Notes: a model not told the origin generated them from the letters alone. Shown: positions 46,584 through 60,211, counted from the whole stretch's first letter. The stretch is 62,875 bases of DNA, filler included, from Stramenopiles sp. TOSAG23-6 (GCA_900128565.1; 9 parts of 9 records of this genome joined end to end with filler, not necessarily neighbours in it); one strand, 5' to 3'. Numbers and translations: made by a program.

Positions 46584-47090
46584 ATGGCGGCTCGTGCAGT
46601 TAGCGCAGCTATAATTTTAGATTCTGAAGGTGGTCGTATTTGTTCTAAATATTATTCTCATGAATTGAAAAACAGTGAAGCGAAGCAGAGAGATTTTGAG
46701 AAGAAGCTGTACGCTAAAACCATGAACTCGAACGCCCTCATGGACGCGGATGTGGTAATGTTAGGTGATAACGTGGTCGTTTTTCGTAGTACAATAGACT
46801 GTTTCATATATATTGTAGGACCAGCTTCGGCAAATGAGCTAGTATTGTGTAGTGTTTTGGATGGCCTTTATGACGCAGTATCTATTTTACTCAAAGGTCA
46901 AGTAGAAAAACGTGTTATATTTGACCATCTATCGTGGATAATTCTTGCCATGGACGAACTTGTTGACGCTGGTATTATTCTAGAGGTTGATCCTCAGTGC
47001 ATCGCTAATCGTGTGCAAATGAAATCATGTGATAACGAAATTTATCACCATGGTATGGAGAGAAATAACAGTTGGGCAGGAGGAAATTAG
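46584..47090 (+). CDS. COPZ: Coatomer subunit zeta
   Basis: AIILDSEGGRICSKYY, FEKKLYAKT, NELVLCSVL, MDELVDAGIILEVDP; intronless. Confidence 0.92.
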   Translation: MAARAVSAAIILDSEGGRICSKYYSHELKNSEAKQRDFEKKLYAKTMNSNALMDADVVMLGDNVVVFRSTIDCFIYIVGPASANELVLCSVLDGLYDAVSILLKGQVEKRVIFDHLSWIILAMDELVDAGIILEVDPQCIANRVQMKSCDNEIYHHGMERNNSWAGGN

Positions 47091-47221
47091 AAATTGAAAA
47101 GTACACCAAAATACCAAGTGAAAGACTGGACGGTGCAGTTTCTTCCATAAAAAATACAATAATAACATGAATTCATTCAAAGCATTTTCTTAATACTCTC
47201 ATATTTATATATATATATATA

Positions 47222-48938
47222 TCAACGCTTAGTGGTACCGCGATTTGATAATTCCACAAATGCGTTGTTTTTGGTTTTCTCCAATTTTTCTGCATTTCTA
47301 GCAGTATTAAAAGAAAATAATCCAATTTTTGCACTTTCATCACGCTCCAAAGTAGCATATGTCCCTGATGTTTTTTTCTGCTCATCATGTGTATTCGAAT
47401 CATTACCAACCACTGATATTCTTGCGTTGTATGGAATATTATCCAATTCTTGTTGTGTGCATGGAAAATCAAGCTCTACATGAGTACCCTCATTGGATTC
47501 AAGAGATAAATAAGTAAACTGCCAAGGAGTTGAACTATTGAGATTTTTGTTTTCTTCATGACGAACAGCATGTACAGTTACTTTGGCTCGTTTTCCACCT
47601 AAACAATCTTTAGCTTCTTTAGGGTTAGGGTTAGGGCCCAGACATTCAAATCTAAAATTAGCAAACGTGTTTTCAATTTTTCCGCCTAAAAATCGACCAC
47701 CACTAATTTCTCCTCCTAAAGCATTTTGCGCAGTCTTATTGCGTTGAATAGTTCTAAGTGCCAAATCCCTTATGTCGATGGACTTACGTACATGTATTGT
47801 CAAAAATATTTCATATATTGAAAATTCGTTAGATATATTACAAAATGTTCCATGAAAAAAAAAATTAAATTCATTATGAAAATATATACATCTCAAAAAA
47901 AATTCTTAGGTACAAATTTTCGTACGGAAAAAAAAAGGTAAAAAAAATATGATAAAAACGTACTCTATATCGTCGATGACCAAAAATACCAAGACTAAAA
48001 AGACCCAAAGTAATTGAAATTATCAATAAATTATCACTTTGGGGTAAATATTCATAAACTGTACTAAAATAATTCTTTTTCTTTGACGAAAATTCGTCAA
48101 GTCCGGAATTTTGTATACAAATCGACTGCAAAGAGATTTTCAAACCTTTACTAGTTTCAGGTACCAGTTGAACTATTCTAGGGTTAGGGTTACTAGACTG
48201 AAATGTATCTGAGGTTTGCGATAATTGAGTATTTTCCCCAATAGTTTTATCGCTTTTTTTGCTTGAATTTTTTAATGCAATTGGTGTCACGTTTAATTTC
48301 TGTATCAGACAATGAGTAGGGTGTACAACTAACGTAGCCTTTTTTTTGTACGTACCAAATTCCGTACCTGATGTCAACAATTCACGTTTTTCAGACATAT
48401 TGTTTTGAGTTTTTTGAGTTTTTTGAGTTTTTTGAGTTTCTAGACAATTTTCATGGACACTACTATCAATATTTGATTTATCTGTAGCATTTATTTCCGA
48501 GTCTTTACTACCTTCATTTTTACTTTCATCTAAAAGAAGCGAAAGTAACTCTACTTTAGCTGTACCACGATTTCCTGTTATGAAAAACGTTGCATCAAGA
48601 AACGCATCCTCCAATCCAACTTTACAAATATTTTGTGTCCCTGAAACGCGACTCGATATACACATATCTGAACCAACTAATTCTTTGACTTCATCAGAAG
48701 ACGATAACACATGAAATGCGGGGGAAAAGGCTTGATTCTTTTGTAAAGACTTGTCCAACAAGTACTTCGATGTCTGATATGTCAAAAAGCTCATGGTCGT
48801 GACACCTCCGATTAGGCCAAGCAGTCCGTAGTTGACACGTCGTGGTACGCTTGACTCTGTTGTCGAGACGTTTGTAATCTGGCGTATGTAGTATGGTATA
48901 TGTATCATAGAACTACGACTTCTATACAATACATGCAT
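47222..48938 (-). CDS. Putative mitochondrial Coa1/Tim21-like protein with two TM+domain units; join(47964..48938,47222..47791)
   Basis: Presequence-like N-terminus; TM helix followed by AFHVLSSSDEVKELVG...FFITGNRGTAKVEL and LALRTIQRNKTAQNALGGEI. Confidence 0.5.
47792..47963 (-). other. Non-canonical intron (GT-AT), two units in tandem
   Basis: Two donor-like and two branch-like motifs; ends GACAATACAT. Confidence 0.75.
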
Positions 48939-49298
48939 CTTGGAATACTAGGGCTCCGGATTTAGTAATTTACACTGTACTTTTCTAAAAGTTCGTTCAT
49001 CTCTTCTGGAGTCTGAGTGAGTGAGTCACTTGTCACAACACCAAAAACAACACGTGTCATCAAGAGTAATTTTTAGCGCCTAAAAATCAAAATTTTCGCG
49101 GTTGTTTTTCTTTTTTTCATTTTTTTTTGAAAGACGAAAAAAAACTTTAAACATCTAAAACATCATTAGTACAGCTGTTGTATCATCATTATCTTTGGAT
49201 TAAAAAAAGAATTACTTTGTTTCTCCAGGGTTTACTTTCAACTGGTTTATAATCACTGTGTTTGACACATTTTAGCAGCACTTTTGCTGTAAAACTCA

Positions 49299-52200
49299 AT
49301 GTCTGATCCAGAGGGATATCAAATACCTCCAGCTGTCTCTGTCAGCAATGACGTTAGTCAATCAACTCCTCGTACATCTCTATCTGTCGTCACAAAAACA
49401 CATACAAAAAAAGAATCAGGTATACCAAATGATTTATATGAAGGTGGGACGCAAATCGAGTCTGTAATATCTCCTATATCAAATGCTTCATCGGAATGCG
49501 CTTCTTTACGTCAACAAGTAGTTCAATTATCTAAATGTGCGGAAGAAAACTCTATAGAGAATTTCTTACCTGATGAAACTCCGTTTGCTGAGTCTCTCCC
49601 ACCTCGGCCAATAGCGCGCGAAAATCAGCATCGTATAGAATTATTGAAGCGAGCTCGCCGAATGGAACACGATAATGAACGACGCGAGCGTGAAAAGATA
49701 AAAGCAAATAACAAGCTACGTCAAAAAACTTTGGAGAAAATAAACGAAAGTCAAGAAAAAAAATTAGGGTTAGAGTTTCCACAAAGTCTTCGAGATAAAG
49801 AGCAATTTGATGAATTAATGAATTTAAAAACGGATGAAATTTTATCTCGATCAAATAAGCAAACAAAATTTAGATTAGATGAAAATGAAATTTTAGTTGG
49901 AAAAAATAGTTATATATCTACTACTACGGGTAAAACATCCGAAAAATGTATAAACCCTAACCCTAGTAACCCGAGTGAAGGTCAAATCACAAACAATGAC
50001 ACTCAGAACATTCAAAATTCGTTACGTTCGAAAACCATAGGAGGATTAGCAACAGATGTTCATTCAAATGTTCATTCAAATGTTCATTCAAATGTTCATT
50101 CAAAATCAAATAATAGACCTAACCTTGGGAAGGATTACTCCTTAGATAACAATACACAGTATTCAATGCGTGAACGAAAAAACACGAAATCTATACAAAA
50201 CAAAATCGAACATAGCACAACAAAAAGTAACGATAATTGTACTGTCCAGAAAACTTCAAAAACTCCAAAAGTGAATAATGTAGAAATCATTCGGGCACAA
50301 AAAGCAGCATTGGAGCTAGCTAAGTATAGTATGGCGCAAAATCAATTAAAAATTAGAAAATTGGCGATGGAAAGAAAACAAAAAAGTCGTATGTTTTTTT
50401 TTCAATTTCGAATTTATTTTTCATACAAAATTTTGTACCTAACCATATTTTTTTTTTTCGAAAATTCTTTACCTAACAATTTTTCTTTTTTGATTTTTTT
50501 CAAAAATATATGTGATCTGGCAATAAGACTTAGGGAACAAACATTACAGCCAAGACTACCAAAAAGAAAACGAAAATCTAAAGAAATTAATAAAAATATA
50601 AAATCAACATTATCAAAAAGTAGTTCAAAAAATAGAAATTTCGCAGCTTCTTTTCCAAAATCTAAAAATACAAAAACATCAAAATCAAAGCCAACAGTGT
50701 TAAAAATAAAAAATAGTACAAAACATCATGAAATAAATCATCCAAAAAATACAAAACATCAAAACAATCAAAATCATAACCCTAATCCAAAAAATACAAA
50801 ACATCAAGACAATCTTATTTTGAAACAATCAAATTCTGCGACTGAAAAAAAAGTGAAAAAGAAATCGACCAAATCGACCAAACCAAAAAAGAAGATTGCG
50901 TATAAAGAATTAAAAAGGAGACGACAAAATGTCAATTCTTTAGGTAAGAAATTTCCTACGAATTTAATTTCGAATGATAAAAATTTGGATGATTCTCATA
51001 CGAGTAAAAAAATAGAGCAAGCCATAAATAGAACATGTACGTTTGCACCATGAATTTCAATTTTTTTTTTTTTTGATACGGAATTTTGTACCTAAATGTT
51101 TTTTTTTTTTGAGTTTTTGAGTTTTTTATTCAATACGTTTTCACTATAAAATGTCAAATTTTTTTTTTAGAAAATTTTGAACCCCAAACACATTTTATTT
51201 TTACTAAAAAAGAAAAAGAAAAAAAATATATTTTTTCACAATACATGGTTGGATGGTTTAGAAACTTCTATAATGAACAAAATATTACCTTTACAAATTC
51301 AAAAAGAGAATAACAAAAATAACAAAAATAATACATCTAAAAAAGAAAAAAATACTAATTTTCACACTCGTAAAAATACAATTGAAAAAAGTTTAGAAAT
51401 ATCATCTGGAAAGCCAAAGAATACAAAATCAGAGTCAGAAAAAATAGAAAAACGTAAAAAATTAGTTGCATATATGGCGCGAAAAAAGAAAGAAATGAAA
51501 TTAAAAATTAAAGCAGAAAAACAAAAGTTTGAAAATGAGAAAAAGTCAAAAGAAGAGAGACTTCTTGGAGTACGGGAAAATGCTTTAAAAGCATATCAAA
51601 CTATGAAAGTGAAAAAGATGTATGTTTTATTTTTTTTTTCAATTTTGAATTATTTTTTTTCAAAAAAAATTTGTACCTAACAAAATTTTTTAGTTTTTTT
51701 TTTGAAATATTTTTCCAAAATACATGCCACTGCTAAAGAAAAGAGAAACGAATCGCAAATCCCGCAAAGCATTGAGTATTACTAAAAATGGATCGAAAAT
51801 GAGATACAATTCGCATTCAAGTAATTTTGGTACAACAAAAAATGTTCAAAAACAAAAAATGTTCAAAAATGAAAAAATAAAAAGTACGATAAATTTTCAA
51901 ATGGACAAGAATTTAAATTCGACCGATGCATCGAATATAGTAAAGCATACTAAAACTTCTAGTACATCAATACATCAAAATCAGTCGTCAAGTAGTATTC
52001 AAATGCTCAAAATCAAAGAAAAAAAGAGTAATAAAAAAAAGAATAATATAGTCAAAAAAAGTTCCACTTGTATTAAAACATCTAAAATACCTAAAAAAAC
52101 TCATAAAAATAAATCTACTTTTGAAAATGGAACCCAACAAATTCGAAATTTATCAGGTGTTGTGAAAAAAACTCAAATATCTCAAGATTCAAGTTCAAAT

Positions 52201-55200
52201 TTGCAAATGAAAACTAAACTAACTTTGTTAAATACTAAGAATACTAGGAATAATAAAAAAGTAAATTCTACAGTAGAGGAAAGTAGCAGTGAAACTCAAG
52301 ACTCTCAAGAATGTATGTTTTTTTTTTTTTTTTAATCGATTTTTTTTTCGTACGAAATTTTGTACCTAACAAATTTAATTTTTTTTTTGAAATATTTTTC
52401 CAAAATACATGCAGTAGTGAAACTCAGGAAAAAGAAAAAGCAAATGAAGTATTACATCAAGTTTTTGAATTAGGTGATTCGATCATCGAATGCGCAGATC
52501 GATTGAGTTCGTTTTTTGATCATAAAAGTAAAAAATCGATCGCTTCACTATCAAAAAAACAATTTAGACGTTCAAAATCAAAATTGAAACAGAAAAAGAA
52601 GAAGAAAACACGAAAAAAACTAAATGCTGTACATAATGATGGGAAGAAACAACGAAATCAACTGAATTCTGATAGTAATGATCAGAATTGTTTACATACG
52701 AAAAAAAATCCTCAAAGTAGAGGAAAAAAGGATGACCCTTACAAAAAACATAAGAAAAATATGCGGGAAAGATGGCAAATAAGAGAGCGCAACTTTTTAG
52801 AATTATCTGTTGGTAGAGGCGAATGTACGTTTGATTTTTTTTTTCAACAAAAAAATCGGATTTATTTTTTTCAAAAGATTTTGTATCTAACAAATTTTTT
52901 TAGATTTTTTTTTGAAATATTTTTCCAAAATACATGGGATAATATTCAAGAAAATAGTGAATCTTTATTTGATAATATTGAGAATCTTGGTTTAGTAGAA
53001 GAAAAGAAAAAAGAAGTTTCATCTTCTCTTGCATATACAAAATTTCTACAAAATATAAAAGGCCAAAAAAATAATTATATTCCTGATTTTGAATCAAATG
53101 CAATTAATAGCCAATTACAAAATGTTGTACAGCGAGGTTCAAATCTTCCAAAATTAATCGCGAATCAACTTGCTGCTGGTGGTTTGAGTGATGAATGTAT
53201 AAATGATTTCGAAGATTCTGCTGAAGAAAAAAACGGATTTGGTATATTTGATGTCCATGCACGAAATCTACTACAATGTGAACTGAGTGGATGGCGTCGA
53301 CAACAAATCGATGAAAACCTACGCAAAACTCATCATTCTGACATTGAAAACGTAAAACAAACAAAAGACAATGTTTTCGATAAAGATGATGATATTGACT
53401 ACGATATTCCTGTGGGTGGAATTGTATCAGCGTATCTACAAAAACAAGGTAGTACAACAAATATTAATGATTCAAAAGTTAATGATGAGCCTAGCCCTAA
53501 CCCTAATCTACAAAAACAAGGTATTACAACAAATATTGATGATTCAAAAGTTAATGATGAGAAAATATTCGAAGATTCACAGCAAAATATTCATGATATA
53601 TCTTCATGTTATGCTAATGAAGCATTTGAAAGAGAAAATGTAAATAAATCAAGAATTTCGTGTGATATGGATAATACAAATGAATTAGGGTTAGAGCTAA
53701 ATAAATCAAGAATTTTATCTATGGAAAATAGTAATCCTAACCCTAATACTGATCCAAACAACTCATTTGATAAGATTTTATCGACTAGTGCCGAAAATAA
53801 TTCGAATACTGATAAAAAAAATGATAAAAATAACCCTAAAAATAATAGTAGTATTTACTGGGATTCTTTATTATCTGTTCCTGATGGAGATCATCGACCT
53901 CTATTAGATGTCTTGCCTGATACACGTAACCCTAACCCTAATCGACCTCTATTAGATGTGTTGCCTGATACACGTGTAGAAGTGACTGATGGATGTATTG
54001 AGGGTGATACAACAACACCTCTATTAGGTAGAGCAAAGGAAATAAAAACGTCAAAATCCTCAGATTTTTTGAAAACATTTGAAAAATCAAAAACAAATAA
54101 TTTATCCGCTGTTGAAATGGGTCGTTTGCTTCAATCAGAAGTTGAATATATGCATTCATTAACTGAAAAAGAAAAACGAATTGATCAAATGAAAGATATT
54201 CAAGCCATTCAAATCGCACAAGCTGAAACTGCTGATATTCGAGCTCGATGGGAAGATGTACGTTTTCGTTTCAATTTTTAATTGATTTATTTTTTCATAC
54301 GAAAATTTGTACCTAACGAATTTTTTTTTTAGACGTTTTCATTTCAATTTTTTGTCTAAATTTTTTGTTTTGAAAAAATTTGTACCTAACGATTTTACAT
54401 TTTGAAATATTTTTCATAATCCAGGCACATGGCGTTGCTAAGTTTGCAGCACAGCAAACATTAATCCAAAAAGAATATGAAAAAAATGTGATGCAAGCTG
54501 CTGAGCAATTGCGTCTCGATTTGGAAAATGTACACAAAAATCGTGTCCATCAACTAGAATCAGAAAATACCGCACTGAGACAAAAAGAAGTGTTTGTTCA
54601 AACCGAAACCCTACCCCTACATAAAATTGAAAAAAATGAAAAAAAAGACACAAATCAGCATGTAATAAAAGACACAACTGATACGAATGAGCGTTCAAAT
54701 TTCGTAAAAAAAGCTTCAAATATTTTACTCAAATCGAAAGCTGAGATAGTTACGAGATTTGTATCTGAAATAAATGTTCTCAAAATACAGGAAGAAAAAT
54801 TGATCGAATTATTCAAGAGACAATTGAAAGAAATCAAAGACAATTCTGGCACAATAGAAAAAATAGAAGAATTAAAACAAAAACACATGAAATCTATAAA
54901 GGTACTTCAACAGGATAAAGATGAAATTACATTTGAACATCATCAGAAAATACAGAAATTAAATCAACGAATTCGAGATCTAAATGAAATTTCTTTTTCA
55001 GAAGAATTATCTCAAGAATCTCTAGATGTTGATACAAGTGTAGATTCGTCTTCTACGACAAGTTTCGTTTCTACAGCTGATTTGAAAGATGATAAAATCA
55101 GTACAGTTGATGAGTCAATGACAAATACTTATGAATTAGATGATTTTGAAAGCACAAGTTTGAAACAATCCATTGAAGACATAAAGGAAATGAATATACC

Positions 55201-56929
55201 TGATTTTTCAGATCTACAAAAAATAGAAGATGATATACCAGATAATAATAATCATTCAAATCTACACAAAATAGAAGAAAATATAGAATCCGTATCTGAA
55301 GTGTCCGATACCTATGAATCAGATTTTGAAAAACTACAAAACGAAACTGAAAGGAAAGAAATTTCAACATCATCTCCCAGTGTCGATGTATGTTTTATTT
55401 TTTTTTTTTTTACAAAAAAATCGATTTTTTTTTTTCAAAAAATTTAGTACCTAACAATTTTTTTTAGATTTTTTTTGAAATATTTTTCCAAAATGCATGT
55501 CACAACTTCCGATGAGTTTGTGATGGAAATGCGTGGGCAAACAGAACATCTGAAGACAAAATTGAATGAAGATAAACTCCGAAAAAAAGAAAAAGTTGTT
55601 CAAAAGAAACGTGAAGCAGCGGTACAGTTATTGAGACAAAAAGAAAAAGTAATTGAAATGAAAACAAGAGAAATTGCGCTTCTGCGCGATGAAGCTGAAG
55701 TAGAAGAATTAGTAAAAAAGGCACTCTTAATTGATGTAAATGTAGAAATTAAAAAAGCTCAAAAATTATTACAAAATCGCACAAAAAATGTTGAAAAAAA
55801 TGACGAAAAAAATGTAGATAAAACGTCGGATATAGCAGAACCTCTCTCAACAATTACATCGAAATTTAAATTAGCAAATTTACCAACAAGAAACGGTCGA
55901 CAAAAGAATGGTGAAATGATCCAATCTGGTGCATCCTATAGTAGTTATGATGGTGCTAGTGAAATTGCTGATGATATTTTAGATCGAGGAATGACTACAT
56001 TGTTAAAACTAGCGACGGATCACTCTACTAGTAATGTATCAATATGTGAAGATATAAATACTAATATACCAGAAAGTAGTTTTGTTGACCCTACTATACA
56101 TCAAGATAGTGTTATTCTTGAAGAAAGTGGTGCCTTCATTGAATCTTCATCAATAGTTGCTTCAGAAGTTGGTGAATCTTTAAGCAAATCGAGTAGTATT
56201 AACTCATATGGAGATGAAAGTTTTATCTTCTCCGGAGATGAAGCAACAAAAATGACAAATGAATTGAATAATACATATGAAAAAGATGAATTTGAAGATG
56301 ATGATGTCAACGAATTGAAGGAAAAAGATGAATTTGAAAATGATGATGTCAACGAATTGAAGGAAAAAGATGAATTTGAAAATGATGTCAACGAATTGAA
56401 TGACAATGTGCAATTGAGTTTCGCTTCTTCTACGATAGAAAATAAAGTAGACAATGAAAATCTGAAAAATAACACTAAATATGATGATGAAATTTTAGAT
56501 TTTGAAAAAGAATCAAATGCTACAAAATTTCGTGTCGAATCTCTAGAAAATGTATGTTTTATTTTTTTCAATTTCGAGTTTTTTTTCTTACGAAATTTTG
56601 TACCTAACGTTTTTTTTTTTTTGAAATATTTTTCCAAAATACATGAACTGGAAATGAAAAGAGCCGACGCTGCAAAACTCGCACGATTAAAGAGTGTTAA
56701 AACAGCGTCACTTAGAGAAAAACTTAGAGAAGAAACACTTTTAGCAGAAATTGCATTATTGGATAAACAATGTGACACGATAAAAAATACAACACCTGAG
56801 ACTGTATCAGATGTACGTCAAAAATATGATGTAGGTTTCATTTTTTTGAAAATTTGAATTTTTTTTTTTATAGTAAATTTTGTACCTAACAAAAAATTTT
56901 AGATTTTTTTTTTGAAATATTTTTCCAAA
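49299..56929 (+). CDS. Very large Lys/Asn-rich coiled-coil protein (possibly CEP350-like), 3'-partial; introns 50389-50511, 51037-51246, 51620-51725, 52313-52410, 52825-52935, 54258-54424, 55388-55498, 56552-56644, 56831-end
   Basis: Six ORFs join into one frame when family introns are removed; LLQSEVEYMHSL...IQIAQAET weakly recalls CEP350. Confidence 0.7.
50389..50511 (+). other. Family intron (GT-AT), in-frame, two branch motifs
   Basis: GTATGTTTT...TACCTAAC x2...AAAATATAT. Confidence 0.75.
51037..51246 (+). other. Non-canonical intron (GT-AT), long
   Basis: GTACGTTT...CACAATACAT; frame restored. Confidence 0.8.
51620..51725 (+). other. Non-canonical intron (GT-AT)
   Basis: GTATGTTTT...CCAAAATACAT; frame restored. 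Confidence 0.85.
52313..52410 (+). other. Non-canonical intron (GT-AT)
   Basis: Consensus ends; frame restored. Confidence 0.85.
52825..52935 (+). other. Family intron (GT-AT), in-frame
   Basis: Consensus ends. Confidence 0.8.
54258..54424 (+). other. Family intron (GT-AG), two units in tandem
   Basis: Two GTACCTAAC; ends CATAATCCAG at the consensus position. Confidence 0.8.
55388..55498 (+). other. Non-canonical intron (GT-AT)
   Basis: ...CCAAAATGCAT; removes in-frame stop. Confidence 0.85.
56552..56644 (+). other. Family intron (GT-AT), in-frame
   Basis: Consensus ends. Confidence 0.8.
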
Positions 56930-57030
56930 NNNNNNNNNNNNNNNNNNNNNNNNNNNNNNNNNNNNNNNNNNNNTTAATTAATTAANNNNNNNNNNNNNNN
57001 NNNNNNNNNNNNNNNNNNNNNNNNNNNNNT

Positions 57031-57105
57031 GTACTCCCAGGAGAGCTCGCTAAACACGCTGTCTCTGAAGGTACCAAAGCTGTTACCAAATTTTCTTCCA
57101 ACTAA
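57031..57105 (+). CDS. H2B: Histone H2B, C-terminal fragment
   Basis: VLPGELAKHAVSEGTKAVTKFSSN*. Confidence 0.95.
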   Translation, partial: VLPGELAKHAVSEGTKAVTKFSSN

Positions 57106-57571
57106 ATTTGAGAAGTTACAATTCATATGTATGTGATGGAGTCGGCTTATGCCGTCACCGCCTGTATGAAAACCAAACAAGGTATTTTAAATACCATCCT
57201 CAAAAAGAAATCAATTTAACAAGAAACAATGTTTTTAGTTTAATTAACATTATATATTATTATAATAAACTTCGTTGTGTATGAACAATAACTTTTTAAA
57301 AGTATACGTGTGTAGTTGAGAATGCGCATCTAGTCCCGTTGAGCGCACATCCTTGGTCCAGTTTAATACTTGATATTATACTATTATACGTACAATGTAT
57401 TAGTGAGCGCGTTCTTTATTGTATTCTTTAATGAAGAGCAAAGAAGAAAGTTGTATACAGAAAGTAGTCTCTTTTTGTTTTATTATGATTTATTATAATA
57501 ATTGTAGAATGTTTTAGAATGTCATCAAGACTTCACCTCCATCATTGTCTCTTCCTAACCTTTCAATGAAA

Positions 57572-58296
57572 TCAAAGTTCTCGAAGTCCCATTGCACCTT
57601 GCACAAGGCATATGTATTGCTTTTCATCTAGATCAGCAATTTCTCGTACCCGATCTGAAATATTTGTATTTGGCGTTTTACGGAATTTTTGAACCATAGA
57701 AGCTCTACGTAAGAAATATTTCGCCACAATTTCTAAAACTGATAAACCGGATACTCTACCGGATTCATACATCAATAACAACTCTTCTGCAACAGCCGCT
57801 GCCATATTATTTCCAGTTTGTAACTTCGGCATCTTCAGCTGTAACCAAAAACGCATTTTCACGAAAGCAACAACCATTCTCATGATCTCTTTCCGTAACT
57901 TAAAGTATAAATCTTCAATATATTTGTTATCCGGGACAGTGATTAAACCATCACTCCCTGGAGGCTTACATGAAACACTTTTCTTTANNNNNNNNNNNNN
58001 NNNNNNNNNNNNNNNNNNNNNNNNNNNNNNNNNNNNNNNNNNNNNNNNNNNNNNNNNNNNNNNNNNNNNNNNNNNNNNNCTTTAATAGCATCCATTTTTT
58101 CCATATTTTCTTTCATACGTTGCTCCTTTTCAACACCTTTTAATTTCATACATGAGATTCTATCTTCTACTCTATAAGTCGTTGCACTGTGTTTTCTCTT
58201 TACGCCAGTACTTCGGGGTGGAGACACATGAGTTTTCGTCTCCCCATTACTCGCACCAATATTTGACGAAGAAGATTTTTTCTTTGCTGGACTCAT
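57572..58296 (-). CDS. Hypothetical protein spanning gap 57988-58079
   Basis: Two same-strand ORF pieces either side of an N gap. Confidence 0.45.
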
Positions 58297-58517
58297 TGAA
58301 ATTAATAAAGAAGTTTTTGCGTGTCTTATCAGTTAATATACAATACTGAGAAATGCTTCGAAAGTTTTCGGAAAACACAGAGTTTGTTTTATATTCGTGT
58401 CTTCTTCTTTCTTTTTCNNNNNNNNNNNNNNNNNNNNNNNNNNNNNNNNNNNNNNNNNNNNTTAATTAATTAANNNNNNNNNNNNNNNNNNNNNNNNNNN
58501 NNNNNNNNNNNNNNNNN

Positions 58518-59904
58518 TAGGTACAAAATTTCGTACGAAAAATAAATTCGATTTTTTTGTTTAAAAAAAAAATAAAACATACATGTAAATTAAATTCTTC
58601 ACGAAGAGATTTTGATAGAAACTTAATATAATGTTCTGGTATATCACTTCTATTTCCAAAAATACAAAATGTAGGTGGTCTAGCAGTAACTTGAGACATA
58701 TATCGGAATTTCACAGGTTTCTTTGATTCTGATAATGTATTTCGGAAAAATATTTGAAAAAAAAATCGTTAGGTACAAAATTTCGTACGAAACAAATAAA
58801 AAAAAAATCGAATTTGAAAAAAAATAAAACATACATGGTGGTGGTGTAAGAAATGTAATTCGTTCTAACCATCTATTTAAATGTGAAGTGGATGCACGAA
58901 GTCTCCATTGATCAAAAAGAGCAATAGCAGTCGGCATAACTTGTCGAACTCCACCTCCAGTACCTGTATTTTGAAAAAATATTTTTTTTTGTAATAATGT
59001 TTTGTTAGGTACAAAATTTCGTATGAAACAAAAATGAAGTAAACAATTCATGATGAAAACGTACGTGCTGAAAGCGCAATGACTGGGACATCACCACCTT
59101 GACGTAATTGTGACCTCAATGTTTCTGTTACACCTTTAAGAGCCGCATATCTACATGGAACATCATCAACTTTATTAACAATACCCATGTATTGTGAAAA
59201 AATATCATTGTAGAAAAAAAATCGTTAGGTACAGAATTTCGTACGAAAAAAAAATAAATTTGAAATTCATATCATGAAATCGTACATGACTGCGCGTCCT
59301 TGAGATATAGCTTCTGATGCTAATCTTAAATCTTGGGCGGGTACAATGCCATCCGTAGCATCAACTACTATAGCAACAATATGTGCATGCTCTATCGATT
59401 TTTGAGAATCAGAAGCCGAAAGATTTTCTAAAGGAGTTGATCTATCTCGTTTCCCATGTATTGTAAATTTTTTTTTTTTGAATTTTTTTGTTAGGTACGA
59501 AATTTCGTATGGAAAAAAAAAATAATTTTGGAAATGAATGATAAAAACGTACATGTCTTCGAACGCCTGCCGTATCAACTAAACGAACATCTCGTCCTTC
59601 ATATTCACATTCTACAGTAACAGAATCACGAGTAATACCAGCCATAGAACCAGTAATTAATCTTTCCTGTCCGACAAGTTTATTGACTAATGTTGATTTA
59701 CCAACATTAGGCCGACCTATAATTGCTAATTGAAGTGGTTCAACATCAGTTTGACCTCCATCTATAGGTAAATTAGTAGGTAACACTTTCCCTCCACGAC
59801 CTGCACTTTTATGATGATACTTATAGGTATTGTGTTTATTTTGAGATTCAAATTCCTCAAAATTGGCATTGTTTTTATTTTGAGATTCAAATTCCTCAAA
59901 ATTG
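58518..59904 (-). CDS. der: GTPase Der/EngA (organellar), partial: second GTPase domain and KH-like domain; introns 59456-59552, 59187-59285, 58964-59064, 58735-58834, 58518-58582
   Basis: [28 protein letters not shown], spliced [30 protein letters not shown]. Confidence 0.9.
58735..58834 (-). other. Non-canonical intron (GT-AT)
   Basis: Restores [15 protein letters not shown]. Confidence 0.88.
58964..59064 (-). other. Family intron (GT-AG)
   Basis: ...CAAAATACAG; restores LSARTG (G5 motif). Confidence 0.88.
59187..59285 (-). other. Non-canonical intron (GT-AT)
   Basis: Restores [12 protein letters not shown] (G4 motif). Confidence 0.9.
59456..59552 (-). other. Non-canonical intron (GT-AT)
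   Basis: Restores [12 protein letters not shown]. Confidence 0.9.
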
Positions 59905-60211
59905 NNNNNNNNNNNNNNNNNNNNNNNNNNNNNNNNNNNNNNNNNNNNTTAATTAATTAANNNNNNNNNNNNNNNNNNNNNNNNNNNNNNNNNNNNNNNN
60001 NNNNATTTTTCTTTGCATGTGTGGATCTTGAGACTTTCTCTCTGATTCAGCAACTTCACTTAATATATGGCCGACATCTTTGCTAATGTCATCATTATTT
60101 TGCGTCATTTCATTCTTCATTTTAGACAAAGTAGTCCCGCCATAACCATGCATCTCTTTCAAATCAACCACAAAATCACGCTCTAGTTCTCGCAACTCTT
60201 CTCGAAGTCTT

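Noticed and set aside
47619-47636. TTAGGG tracts as true chromosome ends
   Set aside because: Only 2-3 units, internal, often inside open reading frames.
58518-59904. Der GTPase as bacterial contamination
   Set aside because: Carries five family introns, so it is a host nuclear gene.
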